Shown piece by piece: positions 59,756-64,000 of a DNA stretch of 64,000 nucleotides. Source of the stretch: Gammaproteobacteria bacterium. GTDB taxonomy: Bacteria; Pseudomonadota; Gammaproteobacteria; Ga0077536. Under the pieces are notes generated by a model that worked only from the letters and a program-made list of their open reading frames with translations, had not been told where the DNA came from and ran no database searches. The first letter of the stretch is position 1, and each line of letters opens with the position of its first letter. Location of the stretch: contig CAXXLL010000003.1 of assembly GCA_963662545.2 (NCBI GenBank), positions 1,376,001 through 1,440,000 of the forward strand, in the 5' to 3' direction. The position numbers and the translations under genes were made by a program.

Positions 59756-62700
59756 AGACGTACCGCATAGGTGTAGTAGACGCTAGTACCTGTGTGAATA
59801 TTCTCCTGCGTTCTTTGAACGTGATATCCCAAAGTGGATAGGCGCTCTTCGATTTCGCAATTGCGTGAACATCTATGCTCTATTACGAGCTGCCGAATTA
59901 TCGGCCAATGCTCCTGCTGGACGCCGTCAATAATCTGGATTGCGCCTTCGTTAACGTCGATCTTTAATAAGTCTATACACTCAAGGTCAAAGTCTGATAT
60001 CACGTCCGACAATGACGTAACATCACAAAAGATTTTTTCCTTCAGTAGTCTCTCGTCAATTAGCTTATCCATCTGCGATCTTGGTATGTCATCCGTTACT
60101 CCCAGAGCACGAGAAATCACCGCACTAAGCAATTCTCGATCGCTGCTCGTGCTAGACATAAGTGAAGACATTCCGCTTAATCTGGGATAGTAATCGAGCT
60201 CTGCACGACCTGAGAAATCCGAAATCGCGCTCTCTATCATTTTCGCGCGTCCCGCGAATTCATTGAGATTGTGCCTAAATGACTCGGCTAACATTGGACA
60301 TGGTTCGAAGGCGACAACTCGAGACGCTTCGTACGACGAGAGTACGAAATAGGAAAATAGGCCAATATTAGCGCCGACATCTAGGACGGTCGCATTGTTC
60401 GGAAGCGTAATCCCATTTTGGAGATAGACATTTCGGACGAATATCTCATCGTAATAATGTCTAGCTTCTGCTGAATTCATCGCTTCTACTCGAATCCCAT
60501 TAGGCATTTCAAGTACAGAGAGAGATGCTCCAAAATCGTTCTCGTTGGCCGCTGCTCTAACACCAGCACCCCCGTGTATGGAATTTTCTACTTCTTTAAT
60601 GAAGTCGCGTAGAGTCGTTCCTCCGAGAAGGTGTTCTAGCGGCAAACTTATACCGAAACATTCATTTACTTGGGAGAGCACCTGAATAGCCGAAAGTGAA
60701 TGACCACCCATTTCAAGAAAATCGTTGTCAACCGATATATCGTCGGCATGCAAGAATCTTAGCCATATCGTTTTAATCTGAGCCTCAAGATCATCAGAGG
60801 AATTGGAAATTTGTGTTTTTACTTTAGCGCTTAGGAGTCGCTGTCGATCAATTTTCCCGTTCGCGTTTAGCGGTATCTCTTCAACAACTTTGATTGCGCC
60901 AAGCCCGGGAATCATATGAGCTGGTAGATTTTCCGCAAGAAACTCCCGTAGCCGACGTGCATTCAGTTCCGTTTTCTTTCCTTGAACTATTAAAGAAATA
61001 AACGGTCCTCCTGGCCCGCCCTGCTCTATATGTGCCGCAGTTAACTCAACGGAGGCGAACATCGCCGCGTGGGCTTCTATGTCACCAAGCTCTATACGGT
61101 ACCCGCGCAATTTTACTTGTCTATCCCGTCTCCCTATAAACTCAATCTGGCCATCGTGTGCTAACTTGCCCACGTCTCCGGTCCGATAACAAGTCGAATC
61201 CCGATGTTCAACGTAGAGGTTCGTACAGAATCCACCATCGTCGTGATCACCTAAATTTACGTACCTACCGTTAGCTATGGTGCCTCCAATAACTATTTCA
61301 CCGGCTACTCCAATAGGACATCTGCGACCCGCTGCATCGATAATATAGACAACCGCGTTATCGATTGGCTGCCCAATCGAAGGTTTTCGATTCCAACGAA
61401 GTGGCGATCCCTCAAGTTGATGGGAAGTGGCGACATGCGTCTCTGTCGGGCCATATTGGTTGATTAAATTAGCCTTCACATGTCGGAAAAATCGAATAAT
61501 CGCAGGCGATATCACTAACGCTTCACCGGCCACAATTACTTCTTCCAGATTAGTCAACGGCGTGTCACGTTCATCAAATATCTCCGATATTTGAGTAAGC
61601 GTAACAGGTGGCACAAAGATTCGCGTAATGTTCTTAGAATCGATCAATTTTATTAAGTCCGTTACGTTCGACCTTTCTTTTTCCGATGCGACGATAAGAG
61701 TCCCGCCGAAGCATAACGTCGAGAATATTTCTTGAAACCCCACATCGAATGCTAGAGACGAGCGGTATAAACTACGTCGCCCGCAATCGCCGGACATTGA
61801 GTTTTGCCAGTAAACAAGGTTAGTTAACGTCGAATTTCGAATCTCTACAGCTTTTGGAATCCCTGTTGATCCAGAAGTAAATAGTACGTATGCGACACCA
61901 TTTATACCTATAACGTCTGCTGGGAAGGATGGCTCGCCACTAGCCGGTAGCTTGTCCAAGTAAATTGATTGTATCCCTGGAAAATCAACCCCATCCAAAG
62001 AATCATCGCATACCAGTTTGGTAAGATTTATTGCCTTAAAAATAGCTTTCAATCGGAAAACTGGAAAAGTCCAATCGACTGGAACCGGTGTTGCCCCAAC
62101 TCGTAATATGGCGATGAGTATCTCTATTTGTTTGAAACTAGGTCTGACAGAAAGCCCAACACAATCACCTGTACGAATACCTACGGATTTAAGGTTCGAA
62201 GCAATCCGCGTGGCGCTTTCATTGAGTTCGCGATATGTGTAAAGATACCCGCCGTCTTCTATCGCTATATGATTAGGGTTAAAATACGCGAATTCTGAAA
62301 ATAGCGCGTATACTGATCCAATCAAATATTCTGGCTTTACGCGTCCAGACCCTGTGTCGTTTAAGTGTCGCAGCTCAGCATCTCCCAAAAACTCTATCTC
62401 GCCAATCGATGCATGCGGGTTGGTTTTCAGAAGTTTCAGATAGCATTCAACATGGCTTAAAAATGACGTAGCTACACTCTCATCGATTAGGTGCTTGTCA
62501 TAAGCGCACAAAAGCTGCAGCGTATCGGTTGAGTAACATAAGTACACATCATAGAAAATCTCTGGTAGCTTATATTCCTCTGTATCTAATATACCTACGA
62601 GAACCGAAAAATGCCGTTGCGATTGATCCCCATATATGCGATCGCCAACAACTTCGTGCTCACTTGAATTCTGGACCTCATTGAGCACCTGGGCGATCGT

Positions 62701-62985
62701 ATTCGAAAGGCGCACGGAGAATTTTTGGGCTACGATAACGTCGTCAGCCAACTGAACTCCTAAAGTCAAAATATCCTCTAGGGCATAGCCTCTTAGAACA
62801 CATAGAGCGCCTGCGCATAATTCAACTAAGCCCAAGTTATCGAGGCTCTCATTGACTTCGATATTCCTTGCGACCTTTGCGATCTGAGGTGAACGAATCT
62901 TGGAACGCGACGCTCGTAATGGGAGGGACGAAATTTCGTCGAACGAGATCCCATTCATCGCAACACCTTTTTCGATCTTCGACAT
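59752..62985 (-). CDS. NRPS-like protein: C-domain remnant, adenylation, PCP, FkbM-family methyltransferase
   Basis: TSGSTGIPK, FDVG, NQYGPTE, YRTGD, QVKLRGYRIELG, NGKIDR; PCP GGHSL; DEIF...VLDVGANIG...LLKIDV. Confidence 0.9.
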   Translation of the reverse strand: MSKIEKGVAMNGISFDEISSLPLRASRSKIRSPQIAKVARNIEVNESLDNLGLVELCAGALCVLRGYALEDILTLGVQLADDVIVAQKFSVRLSNTIAQVLNEVQNSSEHEVVGDRIYGDQSQRHFSVLVGILDTEEYKLPEIFYDVYLCYSTDTLQLLCAYDKHLIDESVATSFLSHVECYLKLLKTNPHASIGEIEFLGDAELRHLNDTGSGRVKPEYLIGSVYALFSEFAYFNPNHIAIEDGGYLYTYRELNESATRIASNLKSVGIRTGDCVGLSVRPSFKQIEILIAILRVGATPVPVDWTFPVFRLKAIFKAINLTKLVCDDSLDGVDFPGIQSIYLDKLPASGEPSFPADVIGINGVAYVLFTSGSTGIPKAVEIRNSTLTNLVYWQNSMSGDCGRRSLYRSSLAFDVGFQEIFSTLCFGGTLIVASEKERSNVTDLIKLIDSKNITRIFVPPVTLTQISEIFDERDTPLTNLEEVIVAGEALVISPAIIRFFRHVKANLINQYGPTETHVATSHQLEGSPLRWNRKPSIGQPIDNAVVYIIDAAGRRCPIGVAGEIVIGGTIANGRYVNLGDHDDGGFCTNLYVEHRDSTCYRTGDVGKLAHDGQIEFIGRRDRQVKLRGYRIELGDIEAHAAMFASVELTAAHIEQGGPGGPFISLIVQGKKTELNARRLREFLAENLPAHMIPGLGAIKVVEEIPLNANGKIDRQRLLSAKVKTQISNSSDDLEAQIKTIWLRFLHADDISVDNDFLEMGGHSLSAIQVLSQVNECFGISLPLEHLLGGTTLRDFIKEVENSIHGGAGVRAAANENDFGASLSVLEMPNGIRVEAMNSAEARHYYDEIFVRNVYLQNGITLPNNATVLDVGANIGLFSYFVLSSYEASRVVAFEPCPMLAESFRHNLNEFAGRAKMIESAISDFSGRAELDYYPRLSGMSSLMSSTSSDRELLSAVISRALGVTDDIPRSQMDKLIDERLLKEKIFCDVTSLSDVISDFDLECIDLLKIDVNEGAIQIIDGVQQEHWPIIRQLVIEHRCSRNCEIEERLSTLGYHVQRTQENIHTGTSVYYTYAVRL

Positions 62986-62991
62986 ATATTC

Positions 62992-63849
62992 TTATATCGA
63001 GCCAAGTTTGGGCCACAAAACTGGACAAATTTCTGGATCAGAATAATCAGGCGCCCCAGAAGCATCAGGCTTGCACAGGACATCATTCACGTGCGAGTAA
63101 ATCTTCCCGCGCTCGTCTTGAGCGCGCTTATATTTGTTATCGCCATCCTGGACATGCACCGTTAGTGCCACTCTAGTATTTTTTTCGACGTTTTCTCCGC
63201 TTCCGTGAATTAGGGACGCATGATGAAAACTAACTTGCCCAGGATCAATTAGTATCTCGACTACCTCTAGATCCTCGCCATCTGATTTAACCCGCTTAAT
63301 TATTTCGTTGAGATTGCGATGTCCGAACGTTCGCATCCATTCATTGCCGGCCCAACGATGACTTCGAGGAATAACGAGAAGCGGTCCCATTCCACTGGAA
63401 TATCGATTAAGCGGAATCCACGCAGTCATCATTTGCTGTGAGCTACACGTCTGCCAATACGCTTTATCGACGTGCCAACCAACTACTGGTCCACAATTAC
63501 CGTCTTTGCAAATAAGCTGATCATGGAAAAGCCGTATGATCTTCGCTCCCAAGAGGGCTGCAAAGGCGCGGCCTAGGGAGGGGTAGGTAACCAGATCATT
63601 TATCTCTTTACACTGAAGGGAAGCGTAGTCGTTTATCCTTAAGCCCTCAGGGTGTTCGGGGCGCCAGTCCAAGAAACCTGCGGAAACAGGCATCATCCAA
63701 TCCCCTTCGCCAGCGTAGATGCGTTCGGCTCCATACAGAGCCGCTTCAATTAGGGTAGAAGGGAGAAATGGGGGGCTTATTACGTAACCATAATTCTCAA
63801 AGTGCTGGATATCGTCTGCTGACGGAAAGGTAATCGAGTGTTGAAACAT
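62992..63849 (-). CDS. PhyH-family Fe(II)/2-oxoglutarate dioxygenase
   Basis: RLFHDQL, GWHVD (HxD), AWIPL, FHH...HGS; paralog of 57640-58449. Confidence 0.9.
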   Translation of the reverse strand: MFQHSITFPSADDIQHFENYGYVISPPFLPSTLIEAALYGAERIYAGEGDWMMPVSAGFLDWRPEHPEGLRINDYASLQCKEINDLVTYPSLGRAFAALLGAKIIRLFHDQLICKDGNCGPVVGWHVDKAYWQTCSSQQMMTAWIPLNRYSSGMGPLLVIPRSHRWAGNEWMRTFGHRNLNEIIKRVKSDGEDLEVVEILIDPGQVSFHHASLIHGSGENVEKNTRVALTVHVQDGDNKYKRAQDERGKIYSHVNDVLCKPDASGAPDYSDPEICPVLWPKLGSI

Positions 63850-64000
63850 GACCTATTTGGAGTATTAGTGTTTTCGGATGTTAATAGTCGGTATCTGATA
63901 AAGCCATCGTTCACCAGTAGGCGAATGAAGATAACGAATTCGCGATTAAACTATCACTGATTGTGACGAAATGGCAGATGCTTCCTGTGGATGATGTAAT

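Noticed and set aside
57640-63849. SyrB2-type halogenases in the NRPS cluster
   Set aside because: Both dioxygenases keep the HxD carboxylate

Overview
GC-rich bacterial DNA, probably gammaproteobacterial (inferred from gene content), in three parts. (1) 1-21.4 kb is a core-like region. It holds alkA-ogt repair genes, thioesterases, a Nudix hydrolase, HDOD proteins, an amidase, a diheme cytochrome c and an alternative complex III (ACIII) operon, actB1-B2-C-D-E-F. The pentaheme actA lies apart on the opposite strand, directly upstream of an orphan rnfC. (2) 21.5-41 kb is a catabolic block: a three-subunit molybdenum hydroxylase, N,N-dimethylformamidase-like large and small subunits, an HpaB-family monooxygenase, an isochorismatase-family amidase, a frameshifted luciferase-like monooxygenase and an FAD oxidase, followed by hypotheticals. 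(3) 41-64 kb is an IS-dense island: an ISL3, a head-to-tail triple ISNCY-type array inside one gene, an IS3 remnant, an IS5, an IS66 and a decayed IS3. It ends in a visibly AT-richer, compact NRPS cluster (PhyH dioxygenase, NRPS A-PCP-FkbM, stand-alone condensation protein, PhyH dioxygenase). Non-coding features include GTAG-type REP doublets, a 165-bp MITE-like element and a structured sORF/sRNA locus. All family calls come from motif recognition by eye; no database searches were run.
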